Positions 15,682 to 24,599 of a stretch of 54,766 nt of DNA are shown one piece after another. Within the stretch, counting starts at the first letter, position 1, and the number at the start of each line of letters is the position of its first letter. This stretch comes from Gaiellales bacterium. Its GTDB lineage: Bacteria; Actinomycetota; Thermoleophilia; Gaiellales; JAICJC01. The stretch is from assembly GCA_035639615.1 (NCBI GenBank), contig DASQXS010000370.1, positions 1-54,766 of the forward strand. The letters are read 5' to 3'. Both the position numbers and the translations under genes were made by a program. Under the pieces are notes generated by a model, which saw only the letters and a program-made list of their open reading frames with translations, was not told where the DNA came from and did no database searches.

Positions 15682-16862
15682 GCCCGCGCGATGCGCTCGG
15701 TGTACGCGGCGTGCGCCGCCACGAAGTCGGCGATCGCGTCCCCGCCGAACTTCTCGCGCGCGGCCCGAGCAAGCTCCCACGCGACGGCGGCTTCCGCCAC
15801 GACCGCGGCCGCCGGGAGCACCGTGACGTCGGAGCGCTCGACGTGCGCCTCTCGCGGCTCGTGCGACCCCAGCTCCGCGGAGCGCAGCGGCCGCATGAGC
15901 GTGGGCAGCGGCTTCCAGATCGTGCGCACGACCACGTCGGCGCCGTTGGTCATCCCGCCCTCGAGCCCGCCGGCACGATCGGTCTCGCGGTACCAGCCGC
16001 GGTCATCGGAGTGGAAGATCTCGTCGTGCACGCTCGATCCCCGCCGTGCCGAGGAGGCGATCGCGTCGCCGATCTCGACCGCCTTCGCGGACTGGATCGA
16101 GAGCATCGCGGCCGCGAGGCGGCCGTCCAGCCGCGCGCCTGCCGAGACGTGCGAGCCGAGGCCCGGCGGCACCCCGAATGCCCGCACCTCGGTCAGGCCG
16201 CCGAGCGTATCGCGGTCGCGCTTCGCGGCCTCGATCTCGGCGATCATCGCCGCCTCGGCGTCCGGGTCGATGCACCGGACGGGCGACCGCTCGGCCCGGT
16301 CGAGGTCGGCCGCGGACAGCCACGCCGGCGGCGTCGCCCGCACGTGCCCGACCTGGAGGACGTGCGAGCGCACCTCGATCCCGATCGTGGCGATGAGCGC
16401 ACGGGCGACGGCCCCGGCCGCCACGCGGGCGGCGGTCTCGCGCGCGCTCGCCCGCTCGAGCACGTTGCGGACGTCGTCGTAGCCGTACTTGAGGGCGCCG
16501 GCGAGGTCGGCGTGGCCGGGCCGCGGCAGCCTGACGGCCTTCCCGCGCCAGCCGTAGCCGTCGAGCTCGGCCGGCTCCACCGGCCAGGCGCTCATCGGCG
16601 CGGCCCAGTTGGCGTGGTCGCGGTTCTGGATGAAGAAGGCGAGCGGGCTCCCCAGCGTGCGGCCGTGGCGGAGGCCGCCGCGGGGCTCGACATCGTCCTG
16701 CTCGAGCTGCTGGCGGGGGCTTCTGCCGTACCCGGCCTGGCGGCGGGCGAGATCCCGGCGGATGAGCTCATGGTCGAGCTCGAGCCCCGCCGGGAGGCCG
16801 CTCACGACGACGGTCAAGCCGGGGCCATGCGACTCGCCGGCGGTGACGTAGGAGAGCTCCAT
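15678..16862 (-). CDS. aroC: chorismate synthase
   Basis: 394 aa. 'MELSYVTAGESHGPGLTVVVSGLPAG ... RRQAGYGRSPRQ' and the C-terminal FMN-binding region. Confidence 0.95.
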   Translation of the reverse strand: MELSYVTAGESHGPGLTVVVSGLPAGLELDHELIRRDLARRQAGYGRSPRQQLEQDDVEPRGGLRHGRTLGSPLAFFIQNRDHANWAAPMSAWPVEPAELDGYGWRGKAVRLPRPGHADLAGALKYGYDDVRNVLERASARETAARVAAGAVARALIATIGIEVRSHVLQVGHVRATPPAWLSAADLDRAERSPVRCIDPDAEAAMIAEIEAAKRDRDTLGGLTEVRAFGVPPGLGSHVSAGARLDGRLAAAMLSIQSAKAVEIGDAIASSARRGSSVHDEIFHSDDRGWYRETDRAGGLEGGMTNGADVVVRTIWKPLPTLMRPLRSAELGSHEPREAHVERSDVTVLPAAAVVAEAAVAWELARAAREKFGGDAIADFVAAHAAYTERIARA

Positions 16863-16905
16863 GGCAGGCCTGGGAGCCTAAACGACGCCCCAGGCTTGCC
16901 GGATC

Positions 16906-17541
16906 TCACCCGATCATGTACCAGTCCCAGATCTGCGGGCCGAAGAGCAGCGCCACCATCGCCCCGAACGCGAGGAAGGGGCCGAACGGGAATCCGATCT
17001 TGCGCGCCCGCAGGCCCTTCACGAGAAGAAGCGCGAGCGACGGGATCAGCGACAGGCTGAAGGCGGCGACGAGGGCGATGCCCACGTACTTGCCGAGGGC
17101 GAGCCCGATCATGAGGGTCATCTTCACGTCGCCGAGGCCCATGCCCTTCGGCGAGACGACCCAGCCGAGGCCGAGGAAGAGGAACCCAGCCAGGCCGCCG
17201 ACCAGAAGCTCGGCCCAGCGGTCGGGCTGCGCCACCACGGCGGTGGCGTAGACGACGAGCGCGCCCGGCAGGTTGATCGCGTTCGGGATGATGCGGTGCT
17301 TCAGGTCGATCGCCGAGGCGGGCACGACGAGCGACGTGACGAGGAGCGCCGGCACGAGCCGGGCGTGCAGGCCGATCTCGACCGCCAGCGCGGCAAAGAG
17401 CGCCGCGGTGACGGCGGCGACGATCCACCGGCGCATCGCCGACGGGGCCGTGCCCTCCCCGTGCGGAAAGCGCTGGATCAGCCATTCCATCGGCCACCCG
17501 AGGGCGAAGCCGGCGCCGGCGAGAGGAAGGACGATCTCCAT
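16906..17541 (-). CDS. A24 family prepilin peptidase (no N-terminal methyltransferase/Zn domain)
   Basis: ATG 17541 inside track ORF 16906..17745 gives 211 aa. It is a polytopic membrane protein. Aspartyl contexts: 'SAIDLKHRIIPN' and 'GMGLGDVKM'. Confidence 0.8.
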   Translation of the reverse strand: MEIVLPLAGAGFALGWPMEWLIQRFPHGEGTAPSAMRRWIVAAVTAALFAALAVEIGLHARLVPALLVTSLVVPASAIDLKHRIIPNAINLPGALVVYATAVVAQPDRWAELLVGGLAGFLFLGLGWVVSPKGMGLGDVKMTLMIGLALGKYVGIALVAAFSLSLIPSLALLLVKGLRARKIGFPFGPFLAFGAMVALLFGPQIWDWYMIG

Positions 17542-17589
17542 ACCCGGGTCTATCGGCCGCCGCCGGCCGGGGCTATAGGCTGGACGCGG

Positions 17590-18729
17590 ATGCCGGACGT
17601 CATCGTGATCGGAGGCGGGGTCATCGGCACCGCGGCGGCGTGGCTTGCGGCGGAGGCCGGCGCGGAGGTGACGCTCGTCGAGCGCGGCGCGCTCGCGTCG
17701 GGCGCGACCGGGCGGAGCCAGGGCCTCGTGCTCCCACCCGACCACATCGAGCTCATCCCGCTATGGCGCGAGAGCATCGCCCTCTACGAGCGGCTGGCCG
17801 CCCGGCATGACTTCGGCTTCGACGCGCAGCCGATCGGCACCCTGCTCCTGGCGACAGACGACGACCAGCTGGCGGCGCTCGCCGAGGTGCCCCATCCCGG
17901 GGAGCTGCTCGACGGCGCAGGGGTCGCGGACGCCGAGCCGGCGCTCGCGGCGGGGATGGCAGGCGGGCTCCTGATTGCGGAGGGACGGCGCAGCGACCCC
18001 GCGGCGCTCACGGCCGCCGCCGCGGAGGAGGCGCGGGCTGCGGGCGCCGACGTGCGGGCGCACGTCGAGGTGAAGCTGCTTCGGGCCGGCCGCGTCGTGA
18101 CCGACCAGGGCGCGTTCGACGCGGGAACGGTCGTCCTGGCCGCCGGTGCGTGGTCGCGCGGCCTCGCGCGGATGCTCGGCCACGAGCTCCCGGTCCGGCC
18201 CGTGCGAGGCTGGATCGCGCTGACCGCCCCCGGCCCGCCGCTCCTTCGCCACGTGATCTACGAGGCCGCATATACCCCGGCGCCGGGCGTGGCTCCGGAC
18301 GGGCCGGTGACGCTGGCCCAGCTCGGCGAGGGCGATCTGGTCGAGCGCGGCGCGCCGCCGGTCCACGCCCTCGGGGCGCACCAGAACGCCGACGGGACCG
18401 TCATGATCGGCGCGTCGCGCTCCCTGGCCCTTCACGAGGGGCACGAGAGCCTGGCCGGATTGCGCGGGAACGCCCGGCGGGCCTGCGAGGTGGTCCCCGC
18501 CCTGGCCGAGCGCGAGGTGGCGACCACCTGGACCGGCCTGCGGCCGTTCTCCCACGACGGCCTCCCGTACGTCGGTCGGCTCGACGGGCACACCGTTGTC
18601 TGTGCCGGGCACGGGAGCGAGGGGATCCTGACCGGCGCCGGCTCGGGCCGCCTGGCCGCAGAGCTCGCCCTCGGGCGGACGCCGTTCTGCGACGCCACCC
18701 CGTTCAACCCGGCACGGCTCGCAGGCTGA
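17590..18729 (+). CDS. FAD-dependent oxidoreductase (DAO family, glycine/D-amino-acid oxidase-like)
   Basis: ATG 17590 gives 379 aa. 'VIVIGGGVIGTAAAWLAAEAGAEVTLVERG' is the dinucleotide-binding fold. C-terminal 'GHGSEGILTGAGSG' is present. Confidence 0.8.
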   Translation: MPDVIVIGGGVIGTAAAWLAAEAGAEVTLVERGALASGATGRSQGLVLPPDHIELIPLWRESIALYERLAARHDFGFDAQPIGTLLLATDDDQLAALAEVPHPGELLDGAGVADAEPALAAGMAGGLLIAEGRRSDPAALTAAAAEEARAAGADVRAHVEVKLLRAGRVVTDQGAFDAGTVVLAAGAWSRGLARMLGHELPVRPVRGWIALTAPGPPLLRHVIYEAAYTPAPGVAPDGPVTLAQLGEGDLVERGAPPVHALGAHQNADGTVMIGASRSLALHEGHESLAGLRGNARRACEVVPALAEREVATTWTGLRPFSHDGLPYVGRLDGHTVVCAGHGSEGILTGAGSGRLAAELALGRTPFCDATPFNPARLAG

Positions 18730-18788
18730 CCAGCGACCGGCACACCTGTCAAGGATCGCTCGCGGCGTGCATGCAGCCGTGTGCCAAT

Positions 18789-18893
18789 CTGAAACAGAGG
18801 GACCAGGTCCACCTGTTTCACGGCTGAAACAGAGGGACCAGGTCCGCCTGTTTCACGGCTGAAACGGAGGGACCAGGTCCGGCTGTTTCACGC
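18789..18893. repeat. three abutting 35-bp direct repeats, each an imperfect 31-bp palindrome
   Basis: Units start at 18789, 18824 and 18859. They read ctgaaacagagggaccaggtccacctgtttcacgg, ctgaaacagagggaccaggtccgcctgtttcacgg and ctgaaacggagggaccaggtccggctgtttcacgc. Arms are TGAAACAG...CTGTTTCA and GGACC-A-GGTCC. The array lies between convergent genes, and the last unit contains the aroE stop codon. Confidence 0.9.
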
Positions 18894-19688
18894 CCGGACG
18901 GCCCGGCGCATGACCTCCACCGGGGCGTCGCGCCCGGTCAGAAGCTCGAAGGCGAAGATGCCCTGGCCGAGCAGCACGTCGAGGCCGTCGACGACTTGGG
19001 CGCCGCGGGCGTGAGCGGCCGCGCAGAGCGGCGTCTCCGAGCCGTCGCCGCGGTAGGCGAGGTCGACGACGATGGTGCCGGGGCCGAGGTGCTTCGGGTC
19101 GATCGGAACCGATACATCCACCCCTGTGGGCGCCGGGTCCTCCCGCTGGCCGAGCGGGGTTGCGTGCACGACGAGGCGCGCACCGTGCGGTGCGGGCCAC
19201 GGCACCGTGGCCGCGCCCAGGTCGTACGCCGCCCTGGGCCGCCGTGCGCTCACCGCCACCCGCCAGCCGGCGTCCTGAAGCGCCGCGACGGCGGCCCGCG
19301 CCGCGCCCCCCGCGCCGAGCACGAGCGCGTCGGCGGGCTTGACCTCCCCCAACGCCCAGAGGAGCCCGCGGCCGTCGGTGCTCTCGCCCAGCAGGCCGTC
19401 CTCGCCGACGAGCAGCGTGTTCACCGATCCGGCCCGGCGCGCCTCGGCGGAGAGCTCGTCGCACAGCGAGATCACGGCCTGCTTGTGCGGGATCGTGACG
19501 TTCACGCCCGCGAATCCGGCCGCGTCCATCCCGGCGACGAACTCCTCCAGCCGGTCGGGCGGGACGTCGACGGCCGCGTACTCCCACGGGAGGCCGAGGG
19601 CGGCGTACGCGGCGTTGTGCATCGCCGGCGAGCGGGAGTGTCCGACCGGGTGGCCGATCACCGCCGCACGGCGGCGCTCATCCGCCAT
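18888..19688 (-). CDS. aroE: shikimate dehydrogenase
   Basis: 266 aa. Motifs: 'VIGHPVGHSRSPAMHNAAY', 'NVTIPHK', 'VLGAGGAARA'. Confidence 0.93.
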   Translation of the reverse strand: MADERRRAAVIGHPVGHSRSPAMHNAAYAALGLPWEYAAVDVPPDRLEEFVAGMDAAGFAGVNVTIPHKQAVISLCDELSAEARRAGSVNTLLVGEDGLLGESTDGRGLLWALGEVKPADALVLGAGGAARAAVAALQDAGWRVAVSARRPRAAYDLGAATVPWPAPHGARLVVHATPLGQREDPAPTGVDVSVPIDPKHLGPGTIVVDLAYRGDGSETPLCAAAHARGAQVVDGLDVLLGQGIFAFELLTGRDAPVEVMRRAVRA

Positions 19689-20673
19689 GGGCGACGAAGT
19701 CCTGGTGGCTCGACGTGAAGTACTGCGCCGCCTTGCCCGGGATCGCCACGTAGTACAGGTAGTCGACCTTGGCCGGATGGGCGGCCGCCTGAAGCGACGC
19801 CAGCCCCGGGTTGCAGATCGGCGTCGGCGGCAGGCCCGGATGCTTGCGGGTGTTGTACGGCTCCGGGTCGTCGATATCGGACTGATGGATCGTCGCCGTC
19901 CACGAGCCGAGGTGGTAGAGGATGGTGGCGTCGATCCCGAGGTTCATCCCCAGGTGGAGCCGGTTGTAGATGACCGCCGCGACCTTGGCACGGTCACGGG
20001 GAACCCGGGCCTCGCGCTCGATCATCGACGCGACCGTGAGCACGTCATAGGGCGTCAGGTTCTTCGACCGCGCATAGCTCATGTCCACCTCGGCGAAATT
20101 GGCGCGGAAGGCCGCGAGCTGCTGCGACACGAGCGTCGCCGGCCGTTCGCCGGGGTGAATCTCGTATGTCGCCGGGAACATGAACCCCTCCATGTTCAGG
20201 TGATGGCCGAAGCCCGGCGGCGGCACCGCCCGGCGGACGGCGCGCGCATACGCCGTGGGGTTGAGCCCGACCGACGGCAGCCGCGCCTCGATCTCGGTCA
20301 GGCGGAAGCCCTCGGGGATGACCAGCGTCCGGACGTCGGCGGTCGGGCCGTGGTCGAGGAGGCGGATCAGCGCGTCGTACCCGGTGCCGGCCCGAATCTC
20401 GTACGTCCCCGCTTCGAACGCCGACCCCTCGCCCTGGCCCTTCGCGTACTCGCGGAAGTTGCCGCCGTCGGCGATCACCCCGCGATCCTGCAGGATGCCG
20501 CCGATCTCGGAGGCATCGGCACCGGGCGGAATGACGACCTTGATCGGCGGCCCGTGCGGGTCGGCCTTCGGGGCGGAGGCGTCCGACCCGAGGTTCGCAG
20601 ACACCCAGCCCAGGCCGCGCGCCATGCCCACGACCGCAGCCAGGAACACCACGACGAGGGCTACTCGACGCAC
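19678..20673 (-). CDS. mltG: endolytic murein transglycosylase MltG (YceG-like)
   Basis: GTG 20673 gives 331 aa. TM anchor: 'VALVVVFLAAVVGMA'. 'LTVASMIEREA' and 'YNTRKHPGLPPTPICNPG' are YceG signatures. It overlaps ruvX by 13 nt and aroE by 11 nt. Confidence 0.88.
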   Translation of the reverse strand: MRRVALVVVFLAAVVGMARGLGWVSANLGSDASAPKADPHGPPIKVVIPPGADASEIGGILQDRGVIADGGNFREYAKGQGEGSAFEAGTYEIRAGTGYDALIRLLDHGPTADVRTLVIPEGFRLTEIEARLPSVGLNPTAYARAVRRAVPPPGFGHHLNMEGFMFPATYEIHPGERPATLVSQQLAAFRANFAEVDMSYARSKNLTPYDVLTVASMIEREARVPRDRAKVAAVIYNRLHLGMNLGIDATILYHLGSWTATIHQSDIDDPEPYNTRKHPGLPPTPICNPGLASLQAAAHPAKVDYLYYVAIPGKAAQYFTSSHQDFVAHGG

Positions 20674-21047
20674 CGCTCCAGGTACCCCTGAAGGAGGTGG
20701 GCGGCGGCGACGGCATCCTCGCCCGCGCGGCCCTCGCCCCTCACCGCAAGAGCCGTCGTGAACCGCTCGTCGTAGGTGTCTATCGGCACCGGGCACCGCT
20801 CGGCCAGCTCGCGGACGAACTCAAGCGTCTCCGAGGCCTGCGCCCCATGCTCGCCGCGGAGCGTGAGCGGGAGCCCGACGACGACACGGTCCGGTGCCAG
20901 GCCGGCGATCGTCGCCACGAGCTCGCGCATCCCGTCCGGCCGGCGGACGCGGCGCACCACGCCGACCGGCCGCGCGACCGTGCCCGTCTCGTCGCTTACG
21001 GCAACCCCTGTCCGGGAGCTGCCGTAGTCGAGGGCGACGACCCTCAA
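20661..21047 (-). CDS. ruvX: Holliday junction resolvase-like RuvX (YqgF)
   Basis: TTG 21047 overlaps the alaS TGA (TTGA), giving 128 aa. 'LRVVALDYGSSRTGVAVSD ... VVGLPLTLRGEHG ... DERFTT'. The start codon is less certain than the gene call. Confidence 0.85.
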   Translation of the reverse strand: MRVVALDYGSSRTGVAVSDETGTVARPVGVVRRVRRPDGMRELVATIAGLAPDRVVVGLPLTLRGEHGAQASETLEFVRELAERCPVPIDTYDERFTTALAVRGEGRAGEDAVAAAHLLQGYLERCVE

Positions 21048-23599
21048 GACCGCAGCTTCTCGCGGATCGCGTCCTCGGCGGCCCGCACCGCGTCCTCGAG
21101 CCGGGACGGGTCCTTCCCGCCCGCACGCGCCATCGCGGGCCGGCCGCCGCCCCCGCCGTCCACGATCGGCGCCACCGCGCGGATGACGTCGACGGCGGAG
21201 AGCCCCCGCTCCTGCGCGCCTCCGTCGAAGCTCGCCACAAGGTGGGCCTTCCCGCCGGCCGCGCCGCCGAGGACGACGGCCGCGGGCGAGAGCTTGGCCT
21301 TGATCCGGTCGGACATGGCGAGCAACGCGTCGCCGTCGGCGTCGTCGACGATGCCCACCACGATCCGCACTCCGGCCTCCTCGGTGGCGCCGTCGATGAG
21401 GCCGGCGACGCGCCCGTTCGCCGAGGGCGGGCCCGCGGCCTTTGGCGCCCGCTTGAGCTCCGCCTCGAGCTCGCTCACCCGGCCACGCAGCACGGCGGCG
21501 TCGGCCGCCTCCGCGCGCAGGTGCGCGAGCGCGGCGCCGGCCGTGATCGCCTCGACGCGGCGAATGCCCTGCGCGGAGCTCGTCTCGCGGGTGATGACGA
21601 ACGCCCCGATCTCCGCAGTCGAGCGGACGTACGTCCCGCCGCAGAGCTCGCGCGACACCTCGGGGATCTCGACGACCCGCACGTGGTCGCCGTACTTCTC
21701 GCCGAAGAGCATCATGGCGCCCAGCTCGCGGGCGTGGTCGCGGCCGGTGACGAAGACGTGCAGGGGATGGTTGGCGACGACGTGGTCGTTCACGAACTGC
21801 TCGACCCCGGCGACCTCCTCGGTGCTGAGCGGCCCGCCGTGACGGAAGTCGAACCGGAGCTTGTCGGGGCCGACGTACGAGCCGGCCTGGGTGACATGGT
21901 CGCCGAGCACCGACCGCAGCGCGGCATGCAGCAGGTGGGTGGCGGTGTGGTTGGCCATTGTCGGCCGCCGCGCCTGCGGGTCGACGTGGGCCCGGACGCG
22001 CTCGCCGGCGTGGAGTTCGCCCCGCTCGAGCCGGGCGACGACGACCTGGTCGGCGTCGAGGCGGACGACGTCCTCGACGATGGCCCGGCCGCCCTCGGAC
22101 TCGATCCAGCCGGTGTCGGCGACCTGGCCGCCTCCGGTCGCGTAGAAGGGAGACTCGCGCAGCTTGAGGAGCAGGGCCCCGTCGCCGCGGTCGGCCAGCG
22201 CGCCGATCTGGGTGGCCACGTCGAGGTGCTCGTAGCCGACGAACTCCGAGGCGAAGTCCGATTCGAGCTCGGAGACGTCGACCCTGGAGCCGGCCGCGGC
22301 GCTCCGGGCGCGGTCGCGCTGCTCGTCCATGAGCCTCGCGAAGCCGGCCTCGTCCACGCTCTTCCCATGCTCGCCGGCGATCTCGACGGTGAGCTCCACC
22401 GGGAACCCGAAGGTGTCGTGGAGCCGGAAGGCGTCCTCGCCGGCGACGTGGTCGGACGAGGCCAGGACCTCGTCCAGGAGCGCCTGCCCCGAGGCGAGCG
22501 TGCGCGAGAACCGGGCCTCCTCCTCGCGCAGGATCGCCGCAACCTGGTCGCGCCGGTTGCGGAGCTCCGGGTGAACACCGCCCAGGAGCTCGACCACCCG
22601 CTCCGAGAGCCGGTCGAGGAACGGGCCGTCGATGCCGACCGAGCGGCCGCTTCGCACGGCCCGGCGGATCACCCGCCGGAGCACGTACCCGCGCCCCTCG
22701 TTGGCCGGCTCGATGCCGTCGGCGGCGAGGAACGTCATCGCACGGCCGTGGTCGGCGAGCACCTTGAGCGCCTTGGTCTCGGGCTCGGTGCGGCCGTACC
22801 TCGCGCCGCTCCAGCCTTCGACGGTCGAGATCACGTCGCCGAACGCGTCGGTCTCGTAGACGCTCCCGACCTCCTGGGCCAGCATCGTCACCCGCTCGAG
22901 CCCCGCACCGGTATCGATGCTCGGCCGCGGGAGCGGCTCGAGGCTCCCGTCGTCGAGCATGTTGTACTGCATGAAGACGAGGTTCCAGAACTCGATGAAC
23001 CGGTCGCAGTCGCAGTCCGGCCCGCACTCGGGCCGTCCGCAGCCATGCTCCTCCCCGCGATCGTAGTGGAGCTCGGAGCACGGGCCGCATGGCCCGACCG
23101 GGCCGGCCTGCCAGAAGTTGTCGGATCCGAGCCGGAGGATGCGGTCGGCGGGCACCCCGACGGCGTGCCAGAGCTCGATCGCCTCCTCGTCCGCCGGGAC
23201 GGTCTCGTCCCCCCGGTAGACGGTCGCCCAGAGCCGGCCCGGGTCGAACCCGAAGCCGCTCGGGTCGGTCACGAGCTCCCACGCGCTCCTGACGGCGAAC
23301 TCTTTGAAGTAGTCGCCGATCGAGAAGTTCCCGAGCATCTCGAAGAACGTGAGGTGATGGGCGGTGCGGCCGACCTCGTCGATGTCGACGGTACGGAAGC
23401 ACTTCTGCACCGTCACGAGCCGGCGCTGGGGCGGCTCGTCGAGGCCCAGGAAGTAGCGCTTGAGCGGCTGCATGCCGGCGGTCGTGATGAGCACGCTCTG
23501 ATCCCAGGCCGGCGGCACCAGCGACCCGCTGGGCAGCTGCCTGTGCCCGGACGCTGAGTAGTAGTCGATGAACCGCCGCCGGATGTCGTGGGAATCCAT
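21044..23599 (-). CDS. alaS: alanine--tRNA ligase
   Basis: 851 aa. Motifs: 'FEMLGNFSIGDYFK', editing-domain 'HTATHLLHAALR', C-terminal DHHA1-like region. Confidence 0.97.
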   Translation of the reverse strand: MDSHDIRRRFIDYYSASGHRQLPSGSLVPPAWDQSVLITTAGMQPLKRYFLGLDEPPQRRLVTVQKCFRTVDIDEVGRTAHHLTFFEMLGNFSIGDYFKEFAVRSAWELVTDPSGFGFDPGRLWATVYRGDETVPADEEAIELWHAVGVPADRILRLGSDNFWQAGPVGPCGPCSELHYDRGEEHGCGRPECGPDCDCDRFIEFWNLVFMQYNMLDDGSLEPLPRPSIDTGAGLERVTMLAQEVGSVYETDAFGDVISTVEGWSGARYGRTEPETKALKVLADHGRAMTFLAADGIEPANEGRGYVLRRVIRRAVRSGRSVGIDGPFLDRLSERVVELLGGVHPELRNRRDQVAAILREEEARFSRTLASGQALLDEVLASSDHVAGEDAFRLHDTFGFPVELTVEIAGEHGKSVDEAGFARLMDEQRDRARSAAAGSRVDVSELESDFASEFVGYEHLDVATQIGALADRGDGALLLKLRESPFYATGGGQVADTGWIESEGGRAIVEDVVRLDADQVVVARLERGELHAGERVRAHVDPQARRPTMANHTATHLLHAALRSVLGDHVTQAGSYVGPDKLRFDFRHGGPLSTEEVAGVEQFVNDHVVANHPLHVFVTGRDHARELGAMMLFGEKYGDHVRVVEIPEVSRELCGGTYVRSTAEIGAFVITRETSSAQGIRRVEAITAGAALAHLRAEAADAAVLRGRVSELEAELKRAPKAAGPPSANGRVAGLIDGATEEAGVRIVVGIVDDADGDALLAMSDRIKAKLSPAAVVLGGAAGGKAHLVASFDGGAQERGLSAVDVIRAVAPIVDGGGGGRPAMARAGGKDPSRLEDAVRAAEDAIREKLRS

Positions 23600-23642
23600 G
23601 GGGCGGCAATTCTATCGGTGCGGCCTCCGCTACCCTTGGAAC

Positions 23643-23957
23643 ATGCACGGAGACGACACGCTCTCTCGGTTCGAGCGGGCCGAGCGCGGGTCGCGCGGCG
23701 TCGAGCCGCTGGACAGCTTCGTCCTCCTCGAGCCAGTGGACGACGAGACCGAGACGTCGGCCGGCCTCATCATCCCCGCAAGCGCCGAGGCGGCCTGCCA
23801 GTCGGGCGTCGTGGTCGCCGTCGGCGACGACGTCCTCGGCGTTGGGCCGGGCGACAAGGTGCTCTACCCGCGCGGCGCGGGGTACGAGCTGCGGCTGAGC
23901 GGCGAGCCCAAACGGCTTGTCGACCGGCGCGAGCTCATCGCCCGGATCGCGGACTGA
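23643..23957 (+). CDS. GroES (Cpn10)-like small protein, orphan
   Basis: ATG 23643 inside track ORF 23568..23957 gives 104 aa. 'LLEPVDDETETSAGLIIPASAEAACQSGVVVAVGDDVLGVGPGDKVLYPRGAGYELRLSGE' follows the GroES pattern (mobile-loop region, 'GD.V'). No groEL is nearby. Confidence 0.6.
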   Translation: MHGDDTLSRFERAERGSRGVEPLDSFVLLEPVDDETETSAGLIIPASAEAACQSGVVVAVGDDVLGVGPGDKVLYPRGAGYELRLSGEPKRLVDRRELIARIAD

Positions 23958-23964
23958 CCGCTCG

Positions 23965-24192
23965 CTACTCGGTGCCGACGTCGGCGGCGGCGCGCTGCGC
24001 GGCCGTGCGGCCCTCCTCGGCCGCCGCGCGCAGGTCGCCCGGGATGGTGCCGAGATCGTTCCAGAGCCGCCCGGGCAGCTCGGAGATGACGTCGATGAGG
24101 GGCCTGTCCTCCTGCTCGGCGATCTCCTGGGCGCGACGGTAGAGAGCGGCGCCGCCGGCGACCAGCGCGGCCGCGAACAGGAGACGCCTCAC
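23965..24192 (-). CDS. small protein with N-terminal TM helix (YtxH-like partner of DUF948)
   Basis: GTG 24192 overlaps the DUF948 stop (GTGA), giving 75 aa: 'VRRLLFAAALVAGGAALYRRAQEIAEQEDRP...'. Third codon positions are G/C-rich. Confidence 0.55.
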   Translation of the reverse strand: MRRLLFAAALVAGGAALYRRAQEIAEQEDRPLIDVISELPGRLWNDLGTIPGDLRAAAEEGRTAAQRAAADVGTE

Positions 24193-24590
24193 ACCATGCC
24201 TCCCCGCCGCTCCCGCTTCGCCCGGAACGTCTCGAACGCGTGCGAGACGCCCTCGGTGAATCCCGCGGCCGCCTTCGCGGGCCGTTTGACCGCATCGGAG
24301 ACCGCCCGCACCGCCGAGTCGACCTTCTCGGTCGCATCGACCGCCGAGTCCGTGATATGGCCGACCTTGTCGAGCTCCTCGTTCACATGGTCGAGGGAGG
24401 TCGACACCTTGCCGAGCATCGGCAGGACCTCGCCCATCAGCCCGTCGAGCGCGTTGTTCACGCGGCCGAGCGTCCCGGCAATCCGCACGAGCACGAACGC
24501 GATCGTGGCGCCGGTCAGGACGAGGAAGAGCGCCAGCGCGTACCTCCACGCGTCCGACGAGCCGGCCAGGATGGTCAGGTGGGCGTCCAT
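24189..24590 (-). CDS. DUF948-type membrane-anchored stress protein
   Basis: 133 aa. N-terminal TM 'YALALFLVLTGATIAFVLV' is followed by a helical region 'LDHVNEELDKVGHITDSAVDATEKVDSAV'. Confidence 0.65.
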   Translation of the reverse strand: MDAHLTILAGSSDAWRYALALFLVLTGATIAFVLVRIAGTLGRVNNALDGLMGEVLPMLGKVSTSLDHVNEELDKVGHITDSAVDATEKVDSAVRAVSDAVKRPAKAAAGFTEGVSHAFETFRAKRERRGGMV

Positions 24591-24599
24591 CGCGTCATC

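Noticed and set aside
18789-18893. Possible miniature CRISPR array (35-bp repeats)
   Set aside because: The three units abut directly with no spacers, and there are only three copies. No cas genes or leader are present, and each unit is itself a near-complete palindrome. This is a tandem palindromic repeat, not a CRISPR.
20661-23648. 995-aa minus-strand ORF
   Set aside because: Only the last 128 codons (ruvX) are real. The rest is an Arg-rich shadow frame over alaS.
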